DNA of 64,000 nucleotides, taken from IMG/VR virus record IMGVR_UViG_3300011577_000001; one strand, written 5' to 3'. Below the pieces are notes generated by a model that made no database searches, was not told the DNA's origin, and saw nothing but the letters and a program-made list of their open reading frames with translations. A program made the position numbers and the translations under genes. The stretch comes from a virus. Lineage: Duplodnaviria > Caudoviricetes. Below are positions 29,014 to 39,747 of the stretch, one piece after another (positions within the stretch are counted from its first letter, which is position 1; each line of letters opens with the position of its first letter).

Positions 29014-30515
29014 TAGGGTTTTCCTCTCTTAGCGATGATACCGGTAACGCCTACCGTGTACATCCGACGTACTTGGGATTCCTGCTTCTTGTTGATCAAG
29101 TCTTTCAGCCAATCGATTGGGAAGACACCACCGATCAGAGGAGGCAGGGGTTTCTTGCGCGGGTACAGAGTCTTGATGACTTCAATGCAGAACTCACCGT
29201 CCTTGCGCAAACGATCAATCGCATCAGGACTGAGTACCGAGAGGTCAGTGACGATGCCGAACCGCATGTGGTACATATAGCGAGGGTTCATGTCCAGTGA
29301 ACAGGTCAAGTTCCCATCTGCATCCATCAGCACCGTACCGTCTGGCATCGGCTTACCCCAACGGTAGAGACCGAAGTGGAAGATCGAGTTATACAGACTG
29401 TTGATGTACGGCCATTCCTTCTTGAGGAAGTTGAGTGTAGCAGGACTGAATTCAAAGTCGCCCAGCTCGTGGATATTGAACAACTCGCCACGGTCCTCAC
29501 CAATGCCCACCAGAACGTCTAGCATGCTCGCTGTGCGTGAGTGATGCCATTCAGGCAACCAGTCATCGAATGCAGGGATACGGTTCCCTAAGAGCGGCTG
29601 AGAGCGTTCCTTGTAGAGGTTGGTAAATTGATCGTAGAAATAACGATCGTTTGCAGGACGACGTGCACGCTTGATCAACTCGTACACCGAGTATTCACTG
29701 CGGTACTTGACGTCGATCAGTTGGTTGTGGATTGCCACAGGGTAATGGAATTGCACACCCACTACTTTGTCGTACTGGAACGTGTAATCGAATCCAGTCT
29801 CCCACGGTGCACCATCGCCAGCCTTTGAACCTTTGTCGGGCTGGGCCACGAAGTTAAACCCACCAACGATCCCCACTTGCTTCTCAGTGATCGCCATGAT
29901 GGGTTGAGTACCTGCTTGGGTAGTCAGTTGGGTTGCACGACCAGTGATGTGATCCTTAACCCACTTCCCTAACTCCTCACCGTAACCCTCCACCCGTTCA
30001 CGCATCTCGAAGATCTCGTGGAGGATGATCGCTACAACGTCAGGGACCGGATAGTGGTAGTCCATCTCGTGAAGGATTTCCACACGACCTTGAGAACTGC
30101 GTACCCGGAATTCATCCCGCCACCGTTCAGCCATGGTCCGGTCTGGAGCACGGTAACGGAAGCTGATGGTTACTTCACACTGAACGTAGATGGGTTTGAC
30201 ATACACGTCCAGCTTTTGGTCGTAGAAAATAAAAGGTACGTTAGGCCGCTTCACTGCCGATGACAGTGTGCGGTCTTCAATGTACTGTTCGTCTGCTTCG
30301 ATGTTGATACGACCATTGAACGGGAACTTGTTTTGAATCCCGTTAGTCGTCATCGTAGAGCCTGGTTGGAATTGAGACTCGGCTGCTCCGAAGAACTCAA
30401 AACCCGTATCCTCAGGAAGCCTCATGATGCCAATGAGCTGTTTCGCTACCTGGACAATAGCTGGACGGGTAATAGAGTTATACGTCTCTGGTAGTTCAAC
30501 GACAATATTGGGCAT
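29013..30515 (-). CDS. virion structural protein (phiKZ gp98-like)
   Basis: Synteny and size; GGAG RBS favours start at 30515. Confidence 0.55.
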   Translation of the reverse strand: MPNIVVELPETYNSITRPAIVQVAKQLIGIMRLPEDTGFEFFGAAESQFQPGSTMTTNGIQNKFPFNGRINIEADEQYIEDRTLSSAVKRPNVPFIFYDQKLDVYVKPIYVQCEVTISFRYRAPDRTMAERWRDEFRVRSSQGRVEILHEMDYHYPVPDVVAIILHEIFEMRERVEGYGEELGKWVKDHITGRATQLTTQAGTQPIMAITEKQVGIVGGFNFVAQPDKGSKAGDGAPWETGFDYTFQYDKVVGVQFHYPVAIHNQLIDVKYRSEYSVYELIKRARRPANDRYFYDQFTNLYKERSQPLLGNRIPAFDDWLPEWHHSRTASMLDVLVGIGEDRGELFNIHELGDFEFSPATLNFLKKEWPYINSLYNSIFHFGLYRWGKPMPDGTVLMDADGNLTCSLDMNPRYMYHMRFGIVTDLSVLSPDAIDRLRKDGEFCIEVIKTLYPRKKPLPPLIGGVFPIDWLKDLINKKQESQVRRMYTVGVTGIIAKRGKP

Positions 30516-30707
30516 GTCGGGTCTCCAGTGTAAGATCATAGGATACCCGTAACTAACAGCATAAGGACCAGCCTTATAGGCTGGCTATATTGGGAATAAA
30601 GAGCCCCTAGACAACAGCGGTGTTTTAAGGGCATTTGATACGGCTGGGTAGTACAAAAATACCAAAAAAAAACACCCCTGTACAAGCGGGTGTTTCTTGT
30701 GCCGCAC

Positions 30708-31187
30708 TTACTCGTTCACGAAGCCACGATTGAACGCGGCGTCGGGTTGACCGGACATGTTGCGGATGACCATGTCGAACAGCATCGGGGTCTGTTGGTT
30801 CGCACCGAACTGACCAGCGGTGCAGGCCGGGATGACCAGGACTTTACCAGAACCGTGCGGCACGATGCCGAAGAACGACACCTGAACCATGCCGAACGAC
30901 TGGTAGTTCAGGTTGTTGATGTGCGGGCGCGGGTGCATGTAGCCTGGCTGAGCTTCACCCATTGGATCGGCGTCCCGATGACCGAGCGGATCGAGGAACA
31001 GGGTGTAGCCTTTGCTTTCTTGCAGGTCAGCAGCGAAGAGCGGATCGTGCTTGCCGATGGCCTCGACAACGCGTTCGAAGGAGGTGATCAACAAACGCTT
31101 GTCGAAGATCACACCGTTAACCAGGTTGGCCATCGGGATAACGTGGAAGAACGGTCGTTTGGTTTGGTCTTGCTGTTCCATTTGCAT
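30708..31187 (-). CDS. hypothetical early protein
   Basis: ORF with strong codon bias, downstream of early promoter. Confidence 0.7.
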   Translation of the reverse strand: MQMEQQDQTKRPFFHVIPMANLVNGVIFDKRLLITSFERVVEAIGKHDPLFAADLQESKGYTLFLDPLGHRDADPMGEAQPGYMHPRPHINNLNYQSFGMVQVSFFGIVPHGSGKVLVIPACTAGQFGANQQTPMLFDMVIRNMSGQPDAAFNRGFVNE

Positions 31188-31219
31188 ACTCTCTTGAGTT
31201 GAAGGTTTGACGGAGGGTG

Positions 31220-31531
31220 TTACTTAGCAGGGTGGTTCGGTGGAACGCCGACCTTGTAGGTGCGAATCCAGTTACGAACCTTGAAGAACTGATACCAGCC
31301 AACGATGTAGTTGACGATGATCAGAGGGATCAGCGCCAGCGCACCGAAGTGACCAGCGAGGATCAGAAACAGTGCAGTGCCAACCGTGAACTTGTAACGG
31401 TGAGGACAGCTCACGACGAGGAACTTCAGGGCACGGTCATCGTTCTTCTTCTCGAACAGGTAGATACCACGCAAGGTGATATAGAACCCAGAGACCAGAA
31501 CGAAGTACGCGAAGATGGTAAATGCAGTCAT
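31220..31531 (-). CDS. early membrane protein
   Basis: GGGAG RBS; 2-3 hydrophobic segments; directly after TATATTAC promoter. Confidence 0.7.
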   Translation of the reverse strand: MTAFTIFAYFVLVSGFYITLRGIYLFEKKNDDRALKFLVVSCPHRYKFTVGTALFLILAGHFGALALIPLIIVNYIVGWYQFFKVRNWIRTYKVGVPPNHPAK

Positions 31532-31587
31532 GGTTAAACTCCCTTGAGCTTTGAGATTAGAAGGTTTGGTACCAGTGTTACACCAGA

Positions 31588-31625
31588 GTAATATACATCT
31601 GAAATCTTTTTCATTCCAGTTTACA
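31588..31625 (-). promoter_or_regulatory. early (virion RNAP) promoter
   Basis: TGTAAACTGGAATGAAAAAGATTTCAGATGTATATTAC; exact phiKZ early TATATTAC. Confidence 0.75.
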
Positions 31626-31635
31626 GGCGGCATAA

Positions 31636-31661
31636 AAGCCCGCCCCGAAGGACGGGCTTTT
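31636..31661 (-). terminator. intrinsic terminator
   Basis: AAAGCCCGCC-CCGAA-GGACGGGCTTT followed by UUUUAUGCC on minus strand. Confidence 0.75.
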
Positions 31662-31693
31662 ACTCAGACGACTGAATCAGTCGACTTCAAGAA

Positions 31694-33001
31694 TTACTTC
31701 TTGTCGCCGTCTTTCTTCTTGTCATCTTTCTTTTCGCTCTTGCCAGCGGCAGCGATGGAACGCTCCACCAGAGCCAGAGCCGAACGAACGGCGCTGAAGC
31801 CAGCGTTGTTCACTTGCAGCAGCGGACGGGTCAGGTCCTTGGTGGCTTTACGCAGACCGCGGTTGACGGTAGCGTTCGACCAGGCCTTGCCCAGCTTGCC
31901 TTGTTCGGCGGCGTTGACGAACTTCTCGGTGGTCTGAACAGCCTTCTCGCGAGCGGCGTTCAGCTTGTCCATGTAGGAACCTTTGGCCAGCAGGGTTTCC
32001 ACGATGGTCGAGCAGTGACCCAGGATGTCGCGCAGGGTGTTCGGGCCCGGGCAGTCGATCTCGGTACCTTCGTTGATCGAAGGCTTCTTACGAGCCAGGG
32101 TCAGGGTGTTCTTGGTAGCGTCTTCGCCAGCCGGGCCAGCTTCGGCCGAGGTGGAGAAGTACCAGCCACCGGCGGCTTCTTTCGAACGGCCGGACAGCTT
32201 GGCGGCTACAGGCGAGAACATGCCTTCAGCGCTTTCGACTTCTTTGGTGATCGCAGCTTCTTCCAGAGCAGCCTGGGTTTTCGGGTCAGCCAGTACAGCA
32301 CCCATGTGAGCGTAGTACTTCTCGGCAGCCGGAGCCAGTTCACCCCAGGATTCCTGGACCAGTTCACCCAGCACGCCCAGACCCTGAGCAACGCTGGCGC
32401 CGTCCACTTTGCCTTTGTAGGCAATGGCGTCGCCGCCGGAGACCTTGACCTTCTTGCCCTGATAGTCGACCGCTTCGCCGGTTTTACCTTTCAGAGCTTC
32501 GATGCGGGACTTCAGCTTCTTGGCGCCGCCGAAGATCTTGGCGAAGAAGTTCTTGACCGCAGCGATGGCCTTGGCCACGGCGTTCTTGATGGCCTGCCAG
32601 ATCTTCTTGATGGTTTCCTTGATGCCTTCCATCGAGATGGTGGTGGCAGCGGCTTGGCCGGACTGGCCGCCGAAGGATTCCAGGGAAGGAGTAACCGAGC
32701 TGACCTTCAGGCCCAGACGGCTGGTGTAGGCGCCGACGGCGTGCTGCATGAACAGAGCGGACTGAGGGTTCAGACCACCGTCTTGCATGGCGGCTTCCAT
32801 CGAAACGTAGATGGACTCCAGGCCGTCGGAGATTTCTTCCAGCTCGCCTTGGTCGTCGGAAGACTGCTCGCTCTCGGCGAAGGCTTCGGCGGTTTCGGCG
32901 ATTTCTTGCTCAACGGTATCGTCCGGGCTCACGACCAGGTCGGTTTCGTTGACGGTGTCGTCTTCCATGGAGACGAACAGTTGACGCAGAGATTGAGACA
33001 T
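31694..33001 (-). CDS. internal head (inner body/ejection) protein, phiKZ gp93-family-like
   Basis: Acidic propeptide with S-x-E prohead protease sites (VSME, SLE, ISME), then IKETIKKIWQAIKNAV amphipathic helix; extreme codon bias. Confidence 0.7.
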   Translation of the reverse strand: MSQSLRQLFVSMEDDTVNETDLVVSPDDTVEQEIAETAEAFAESEQSSDDQGELEEISDGLESIYVSMEAAMQDGGLNPQSALFMQHAVGAYTSRLGLKVSSVTPSLESFGGQSGQAAATTISMEGIKETIKKIWQAIKNAVAKAIAAVKNFFAKIFGGAKKLKSRIEALKGKTGEAVDYQGKKVKVSGGDAIAYKGKVDGASVAQGLGVLGELVQESWGELAPAAEKYYAHMGAVLADPKTQAALEEAAITKEVESAEGMFSPVAAKLSGRSKEAAGGWYFSTSAEAGPAGEDATKNTLTLARKKPSINEGTEIDCPGPNTLRDILGHCSTIVETLLAKGSYMDKLNAAREKAVQTTEKFVNAAEQGKLGKAWSNATVNRGLRKATKDLTRPLLQVNNAGFSAVRSALALVERSIAAAGKSEKKDDKKKDGDKK

Positions 33002-33079
33002 GTGGAGTAACTCCGATAAACAATTGTTGATGCGTAAATGCACACGTGCATAACATACATACATTTACACAGATTGGCT

Positions 33080-33649
33080 TTACACGAACTTCGCGTAGAG
33101 GGCCCGGAGGTCGATAGGGTCGTCGCCCTTAGCCTTAGGATTGCGCCATTCACCAAACATGATGTACAGCGAAATCACCAAGTCGTTCAGACCTTCTGGA
33201 TGGGAGATCCATTCGGAAACCACCTTGCTCGGGGCGGTTCCTACCTTTTGGTAGAACTCACGAATCTCCTTGCTGGCGTTACGCTCCCTATAATCATTAC
33301 TGGGTTTAGGGTTCTCAGTCAGCAAGGCTAACCAGTTCTGAACAGACACCCGGCGACGACCCGTTTGGATGTACTTAAGGGTATCGAGCAGAAACTCATA
33401 ATTATATCCGTACAGAAACGGATTGTTCTTCTGCGTATTCAGGAACAGAGCAAAGTTGCTAAAGCAACCCATCGCCACACGCAGGGCTCGTTTTTGGAAC
33501 GTCCAACCATTGCGGTCAACCGTCCCTTCGATCAGAGCGGTGTACAGCGTGTTAACGTCAGCGCTACCGCTAACACGACTGATGTCCATACGATCGGAGG
33601 GAGCAATGAAGCCGCGTGGGTAGAGGTCACCCGATACACGGCTAGTCAT
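33080..33649 (-). CDS. conserved hypothetical protein (gp91-like)
   Basis: Overlaps upstream stop; synteny. Confidence 0.55.
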   Translation of the reverse strand: MTSRVSGDLYPRGFIAPSDRMDISRVSGSADVNTLYTALIEGTVDRNGWTFQKRALRVAMGCFSNFALFLNTQKNNPFLYGYNYEFLLDTLKYIQTGRRRVSVQNWLALLTENPKPSNDYRERNASKEIREFYQKVGTAPSKVVSEWISHPEGLNDLVISLYIMFGEWRNPKAKGDDPIDLRALYAKFV

Positions 33650-34532
33650 TGAAACCTTCCTCCATCTCGGCGAGCTTCTTGTTCAGCTTCTGGAGACGAC
33701 CCTCGGTGTAGACGATCTCCTGCTCGATCTTCGCATCTTTGCTACCGTCTTTGAGGACAAGCAGACGGTACTCGAGAGCACGCTTCTCTTCTACGGCAGC
33801 TTTGTAGCGGTTGACTTGCCACTCGGCGATTGCCATGCGGACATAGTAGATCGGGTTCAGGCGGACCGGGATGATACCGAAGTGGAACGGATCGGTCTTG
33901 GTAGCGCCTACGGTGGCTTCTACAGTCGATACGTCGTCCGGTGCTACCACCATGTCAGGGATGGCCTGGAACGAGCTTTCCATGCGACGCACGTCGATGG
34001 AGAGGATGCTGAGACAGTACGCGTAGTTGTCGCGGTTGTCCCAGATCCAACGCTCTTCTGCACGGCTCAGTGCTTTCGGTACACGGAACGGACCGTCTTC
34101 CGATTGCTCTTCCGACAGGGTCCAGAGCAGGACACGGCGAGCATAACGAGAAGCGAACGAGGCCACTTCCAGATACTGGAGGATGTTGGCACGCAGGAAG
34201 CTGATGCTGGTGGAGCCGACGTCTTTGGCGAACGCACGGTCGATCAACTTACCGAGCACTTCCAGTTTGTCGTCCATGTTCGACAGAACTTGGTAGGACG
34301 CAACGATGTAGTTGCCACCAGCCTTTTCGATCTTGGCGATCTTGAGGAAGTTCTTGTCGTAGTTCTGGGTTTGCTTACCCTTGAACTTGGAGTTGCGGTA
34401 GAACTCGGAAGCTTCACGCAGCGGAGGCAGAGTGAGTTCTTTGAGTTCGTTCTTGACGACCGCCAGCTCTTCGATCAGACGACCCTTCTCGAAGGTCGGC
34501 AGCATCAGAGCGAGAAACTTTTGTAACTTCAT
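33642..34532 (-). CDS. head structural protein (phiKZ gp90-like)
   Basis: LLPTF-like N-terminus, NPIY.VR, C-terminal coiled coil; synteny. Confidence 0.6.
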   Translation of the reverse strand: MKLQKFLALMLPTFEKGRLIEELAVVKNELKELTLPPLREASEFYRNSKFKGKQTQNYDKNFLKIAKIEKAGGNYIVASYQVLSNMDDKLEVLGKLIDRAFAKDVGSTSISFLRANILQYLEVASFASRYARRVLLWTLSEEQSEDGPFRVPKALSRAEERWIWDNRDNYAYCLSILSIDVRRMESSFQAIPDMVVAPDDVSTVEATVGATKTDPFHFGIIPVRLNPIYYVRMAIAEWQVNRYKAAVEEKRALEYRLLVLKDGSKDAKIEQEIVYTEGRLQKLNKKLAEMEEGFND

Positions 34533-34544
34533 GGTGACCTCGAG

Positions 34545-35678
34545 TTAGATGGCGGGGCTGTTGCCCAGTTGGTAAGCCTTCAGGATCTCGGCTACGTCTG
34601 GACCTTTGCCTTTGTTGGAGACAGCCAGTTCTTTCACCGACATCTCGGTTGGGATGGCAATCGAGCGGTGGTAGAAGGTGACGTGTTCCCACTCAGGATC
34701 GACCACGCAGAGGATCATGCAGTAGGTCTCACGGAAGAGCTTCTCACGAACGCGGAAGTCCTTCAGACGACCACCGACTTGGCGCTCAACGTCCTTCACT
34801 GCTTGCGAGGACATCACGATGATGTTCGAAGCGGTAGCAACAGAAGGTTGGCCCGAGAAGATGGCGGAGATGCTGTTACCCTTACGACGCTTACGCAGCT
34901 CGTCGTACAGACCGGTTGGATCTTTGGCCAGGGTTTTCTTGTGAGCGTCGATCAGGTCTTGGCACAGCAGCAGGTCGCGAACGAACTCCAGTTGGCCAGC
35001 ACGCCAAGCGTGGAAGCGTTCCTTGACGGAGATGTTCTTGCTGCCGACGCTTAAGATATGAACCAGCTCCTTGGTCCCGATGCCGCTGCAAATGAGGCGA
35101 ACGTTGATCGGGAAGGTAGCTTTGTTGCCCTCGGACTCGATGTTGACTTCCAGCATCTTGCCGACAGACAGGTTGGTCAGCTCACCCAGCATCGAGACAG
35201 TGTCACGACCGTTGGTGAGGGTTGGCGGATTGCCTTCCGGGATCGGATCGTCGATGTCTTCCAGGCTCACGTTGAGCTTTTGCAGACCATCACGACCACC
35301 AGGAACCGGCAGAGCAAAACGATACGAACGCGCATCTTCCAGGCTAACCACGGTGGCGACACCGTTGGAGACGCCGTTGATCAGGTTGTCGGTGGCGTTA
35401 CGCTTGGGGTTCAGCTTGTCCAACAGGCGGATGACATCCACGCTACCAACGTTTACCGACAGCGCGATCGCTTGCAGGTAATAGCCACTGAACAGCGAGG
35501 TCAGGGACTGCATGATGTCGTTGGCATAGGGCAGACGAATGAGCGACTCGTCCATCAGGACGATCGGCTCCACGCGAGTCGGCTGAGTGTATTCGATCAG
35601 CGAACCCGACTTCGCGGCCCGCATCGTGTCCGTCAATTTACTGGCCAGGTTAAGGCCAGTCACAATGTCATTCATCAT
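34545..35678 (-). CDS. inner body protein (phiKZ gp89-like)
   Basis: TRVEP, GYYLQA, LNP.R, SLE sites, NLSVGK; synteny. Confidence 0.65.
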   Translation of the reverse strand: MMNDIVTGLNLASKLTDTMRAAKSGSLIEYTQPTRVEPIVLMDESLIRLPYANDIMQSLTSLFSGYYLQAIALSVNVGSVDVIRLLDKLNPKRNATDNLINGVSNGVATVVSLEDARSYRFALPVPGGRDGLQKLNVSLEDIDDPIPEGNPPTLTNGRDTVSMLGELTNLSVGKMLEVNIESEGNKATFPINVRLICSGIGTKELVHILSVGSKNISVKERFHAWRAGQLEFVRDLLLCQDLIDAHKKTLAKDPTGLYDELRKRRKGNSISAIFSGQPSVATASNIIVMSSQAVKDVERQVGGRLKDFRVREKLFRETYCMILCVVDPEWEHVTFYHRSIAIPTEMSVKELAVSNKGKGPDVAEILKAYQLGNSPAI

Positions 35679-35704
35679 TACTGATAATCCCTCGAAGGTG
35701 ACTA

Positions 35705-36835
35705 ATGGCTAAAACTATTAAAGATGTGTTGAGCATCATTCAAAAGGCAGGTGGGCTAGGTGATCTTTCGCAGGCCGCGATCAATAACCTTAAAGGCATC
35801 AACCACCGAGGTTTCGGAAACCCGTTACCAGTCAACAAAGATAACCAGGGCTTGACGTTCTTCACACGCCCTAACCTGAACTTATCATACGATAATATTG
35901 CAGCTAAGCGTATTCTGACCCCATTGCTCGATGGGGATGGTCCGGCGATGAACACGTATCAGCGTGCGATCCGTATGACACTCGATCCATACCTCGGTGA
36001 TCCGGCGATGTTTAAGCTGGGTGACCCGCGTCGTGGGGCACAGATGATGACTTGTGATCTGATCGATCAGAAGCAAGCCTTCATTCCAATCCTCACGAAC
36101 TGCCTCATTTCCCTAGGTGGTTGGCCTGACCTTTCGGTAGAGACTTTCCGCTCGACTCCCGGTAACTATGGTGAGTCATGGGCGATGGTGGACTCCAGCT
36201 CTCGCTTCTACGAAGTGTACGAGTTGAACGGTGCATTCAAAAGTCTTGAGGGTGATCCGATCTCCACGATCTTCTCGACTTGGCTACACTATATGTCGGG
36301 GGTTTACGAGGGGTCCATGGTCCCTTATCCGAATAACCTCGTGGAACGACGTATTGACTACCAGACGCGTATCTACCGTTTACTGTTAGACTCCAGTCGT
36401 CGATACGTTCAAAAGATCGCTGCTTGTGGTGCCGCCTTCCCTGTGAACTCACCACTGGGTAACTCGTTCAACTTCACGAACGAGGGTGTCTACAACCAAG
36501 ACAACGACCAGATCCAGATCCGCTTCGTAGCAATGGGTGCTGACTACAACGACCCTATCACCATTCAAGAGTTCAACGCCGTAGTACAGATCTTCAACCC
36601 GGAGATGAAAGGTGACGATAATGATCGTTCCCGCTACTACCGCAAGCTCGATGGTATCGATGAGATGAAAGCCTACAACTATAATGGCTATCCTCGAATC
36701 GATCCTGAGTCGATGGAACTGACCTGGTGGGTACCGATTGACAATTCCTCGGTAAGCGTTGCTGTTGCAACTCCTTCTGCGGGTGTGGACCTTTCCCCAA
36801 TCACTGATCTTCTTAAGGGCACTTCGACCTCATGA
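35705..36835 (+). CDS. virion structural protein (phiKZ gp88-like, tube-fold/baseplate)
   Basis: GLTFFTRPNLNLS, DYQTRIYRL, GAAFP; synteny. Confidence 0.6.
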   Translation: MAKTIKDVLSIIQKAGGLGDLSQAAINNLKGINHRGFGNPLPVNKDNQGLTFFTRPNLNLSYDNIAAKRILTPLLDGDGPAMNTYQRAIRMTLDPYLGDPAMFKLGDPRRGAQMMTCDLIDQKQAFIPILTNCLISLGGWPDLSVETFRSTPGNYGESWAMVDSSSRFYEVYELNGAFKSLEGDPISTIFSTWLHYMSGVYEGSMVPYPNNLVERRIDYQTRIYRLLLDSSRRYVQKIAACGAAFPVNSPLGNSFNFTNEGVYNQDNDQIQIRFVAMGADYNDPITIQEFNAVVQIFNPEMKGDDNDRSRYYRKLDGIDEMKAYNYNGYPRIDPESMELTWWVPIDNSSVSVAVATPSAGVDLSPITDLLKGTSTS

Positions 36836-39747
36836 CGACCACTACCGCTGAGTTAATGGCCGCGATTGACGCGGTTCGTTTTAACCCCTCTGCGATCCAT
36901 CGCTTGGCCCTGAACATTCTCGAAGAGACTCGGAATGGGGAGCGAGTGATTGTAGACCCGACCAACCCTTTCATGTTCCTGCTGGAGTCCAGTGCGGTAA
37001 ACGTTGCGGCTGCTATGGCGTCCAACGAAGCCAACCTGCGTAAACAGTACGGGAGCATGGCGCTGACCGAGGAGGAGATCTACCTCCACATGTCCGACCG
37101 GGACTACCTCGATCGGTTCGCTAAACCGTCTCGTACTGAGATTGGTATTCTGCTGTCGCTGGATGAGATCTACCAACGTGTGATCCCAACTGGCTCTGGT
37201 GGGATGAAGAAGATGGTGATCCCTCGTCACAGTGAGTTTACTGTGGCAGGTTATTCCTTCACCATGCAGTACCCGATTGAACTGCGGGTCATGGCCAACA
37301 AAGGCTTGCAGGTGATCCACGATGTGTCACGACAGTCACCACTGATGTCCCTGACCTCCAACGTGGCTAAGACAGTGCTGATGAACATCGACGGTCAGAA
37401 GTACCTGTTGATCTACGCACCCGTCCTGCAAGTGAAGATCGACGTCCAGTATCCCAAGCTGGTCGCTGCGACGGCGTTCCGCAAACGCTACAACTTCGAT
37501 AACCAGTTCCACTTCGCTCGTGTCTACCAAGCCAACGCGGCTGGTGAATGGGTCGAGATGCGCACTACCCACACTGATCAGGTTTACGACCCGATGGTGC
37601 CCACGGCGGTACTTAAGGTGTTGGAAGGTCAACTCGAAGTCAGCATCCCGATGATCTACCAATCGGCAGGTACTGTAGAGTCTGAACTGCGGGTCGAGAT
37701 CTACACCACTGTCGGACCACTGGATCTGATCCTCAACAACTACGAACCCGGCTCTTACACCGCTCGTTGGTTGGACTTGGACGCTGATGACAACGGCATT
37801 TACATTGCACCGTTGACTCAGTTCAGTTCGGTCTCGGTGTTCTCTGACCGCGTGGTAACTGGTGGTAGCGATGCGCTGACGTTCGAGGCTCTGCGTGAGC
37901 GTGTGATCAACAACAGCCTGGGTTCCCAGCAACTACCGATCACCAACCAACAACTGACTTCGACGCTGTCGAACTTGGGCTATAACTTGTCGACCAACAT
38001 CGACTTGATTACCAACCGTCAGTTCTTGGCTACCCGCGTACTGCCTCCTCCGTCAGATGGTTCGGTGATCTCGGGTGCTGCGGCAACTGTGGCGACCTAC
38101 CAAGCATCGTTCGATGACTTGAAGTCCCATGAGTACATCCGTGACAACGGACTGCGCCTGACCATCACGCCGAAGGTGCTCTTCCAGGGCTACAACGGTC
38201 AGTACGGTCTGGTCTCCAAGATGCGCACCGATGAGCTGCTCGCCATGCGTGGCACCGATGCGTTTTTACCAGAGCTGGAACAGAACCGTTACCTAGCGTC
38301 GCCGTTCTACTACGTGTGGGACATTGACAATGACATCTTTGACTGCCGGATGTATCACCTCGATGCACCGACTGTTGAATCGAAGGTCTTTGTTCAAGAG
38401 AACGACACCACGGGTCTGATTGTTGCCACTGACACCTTTGCCCTGGAGAAGATCGACGAAGGCTATCGCGTCGTCATCAAGACCAAGTCGAGCGAAGAGT
38501 GGAAGCTGCTGCGTGACGATCAGGTCTACGTTCAGTTGGCGTTCGTGGCTCAAGGTGAAACAGCGCGTGCGTACATCAACGGTACGTTGCTGGCGCGTGA
38601 CGTCGACACCAACGAACGGATCTACGAGTTCAAGATCCTCACCAACTACGACGTGGATGAAGCGCATGGTCTGATGATCAACAACTTCACCATCTTCGGT
38701 CAGGTTCAAGACTGCCCAATCCCGCTGGAAGGTAAGTTGGACATTCTGTACGTCGCGGCGGACTACTCCTACCTCGACATGGTCTCCTCGGAAATCGACA
38801 CGATCCTCGACAGTTCTCTGCTGCCTGAGAAATACATCGGGTTGATCCACGAGCAACTGAACGTTACCCTGGGCCACACCTTGGATGGCTTCTGGTTGAA
38901 CAACCGTTCGGTGGTTTCGTCCATCGAGTACATGACCTACCCGACTGATGTGGTGGCCACCTATTCGGAAAACGTTTACGAACGCGATCCGGTGACCGGT
39001 GCGGTGAAGGTTGAGATCGGGGCTGATGGTAAGCCGAAGTTCAATCTGCTGTACGCCAAGGGCGATATCGTTCGAGACTCTACCGGTGAGGTGACTTACC
39101 AGTACCGTCAAGGCGACGTCATCGTTGATGCTCAAGGTAATCCGGTACCAGCTAACCCACGTGGGATGTTGCGGCAGACGGACCTGTTCTTGATGGACGG
39201 TCTGTACTACTTCGCTACCGAGAGTGCATCCAAAGACTACGCTGCGAGTGTTCCTAACACCATCGTGTCGTGGCTGGAAGATGACATCAAACCGATCTCT
39301 GAACGTCTGCTGGAACAAACCGAGCTGTTCTTCCATCCTCAGATTACCACTGGTTACGCCAAGGCTCTGGTGATGGATAACTTCGAGATCGACCTCGACA
39401 CTGAACAGACTCTGACAGTTCGCTACTACCTGTCGGAAACTGGCTTCAAGAACGCTGAGCTGCGCAAGAGCCTCGAGACCACTGCTATTGAAGTGATCCA
39501 CGAAGCCTTTGGGTCTTCTCGCGTGAGCACCAAAGACATCGCTAACCGCATCCAGTTGGCTGCTGGTGATGATGTTCGAACGGTGTCGGTGTCTGGTCTG
39601 GGTGGTGGTACTCCAGGTTACGATATCGTGTCGCTGCAAGACGAATCTGCTCGCTTGGGGATTCGTAAGAAACTGGTGGCACTGGCTGATGGTACTTACG
39701 CGGTGGAAGACTCCGTGGAAGTGCTGTTTATCCAACACGGTAACTAA
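36832..39747 (+). CDS. large virion protein (phiKZ gp87-like, putative baseplate wedge)
   Basis: DPTNPF..LLE, YLHMSD.DY, GGSDAL.FE.LRERVI resembling a baseplate wedge motif; 971 aa. Confidence 0.6.
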   Translation: MTTTTAELMAAIDAVRFNPSAIHRLALNILEETRNGERVIVDPTNPFMFLLESSAVNVAAAMASNEANLRKQYGSMALTEEEIYLHMSDRDYLDRFAKPSRTEIGILLSLDEIYQRVIPTGSGGMKKMVIPRHSEFTVAGYSFTMQYPIELRVMANKGLQVIHDVSRQSPLMSLTSNVAKTVLMNIDGQKYLLIYAPVLQVKIDVQYPKLVAATAFRKRYNFDNQFHFARVYQANAAGEWVEMRTTHTDQVYDPMVPTAVLKVLEGQLEVSIPMIYQSAGTVESELRVEIYTTVGPLDLILNNYEPGSYTARWLDLDADDNGIYIAPLTQFSSVSVFSDRVVTGGSDALTFEALRERVINNSLGSQQLPITNQQLTSTLSNLGYNLSTNIDLITNRQFLATRVLPPPSDGSVISGAAATVATYQASFDDLKSHEYIRDNGLRLTITPKVLFQGYNGQYGLVSKMRTDELLAMRGTDAFLPELEQNRYLASPFYYVWDIDNDIFDCRMYHLDAPTVESKVFVQENDTTGLIVATDTFALEKIDEGYRVVIKTKSSEEWKLLRDDQVYVQLAFVAQGETARAYINGTLLARDVDTNERIYEFKILTNYDVDEAHGLMINNFTIFGQVQDCPIPLEGKLDILYVAADYSYLDMVSSEIDTILDSSLLPEKYIGLIHEQLNVTLGHTLDGFWLNNRSVVSSIEYMTYPTDVVATYSENVYERDPVTGAVKVEIGADGKPKFNLLYAKGDIVRDSTGEVTYQYRQGDVIVDAQGNPVPANPRGMLRQTDLFLMDGLYYFATESASKDYAASVPNTIVSWLEDDIKPISERLLEQTELFFHPQITTGYAKALVMDNFEIDLDTEQTLTVRYYLSETGFKNAELRKSLETTAIEVIHEAFGSSRVSTKDIANRIQLAAGDDVRTVSVSGLGGGTPGYDIVSLQDESARLGIRKKLVALADGTYAVEDSVEVLFIQHGN

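Noticed and set aside
30540-30700. ncRNA or origin in the 160-bp intergenic gap
   Set aside because: Only short hairpins (CCAGCC/GGCTGG and a terminator) and TATG motifs; insufficient support.
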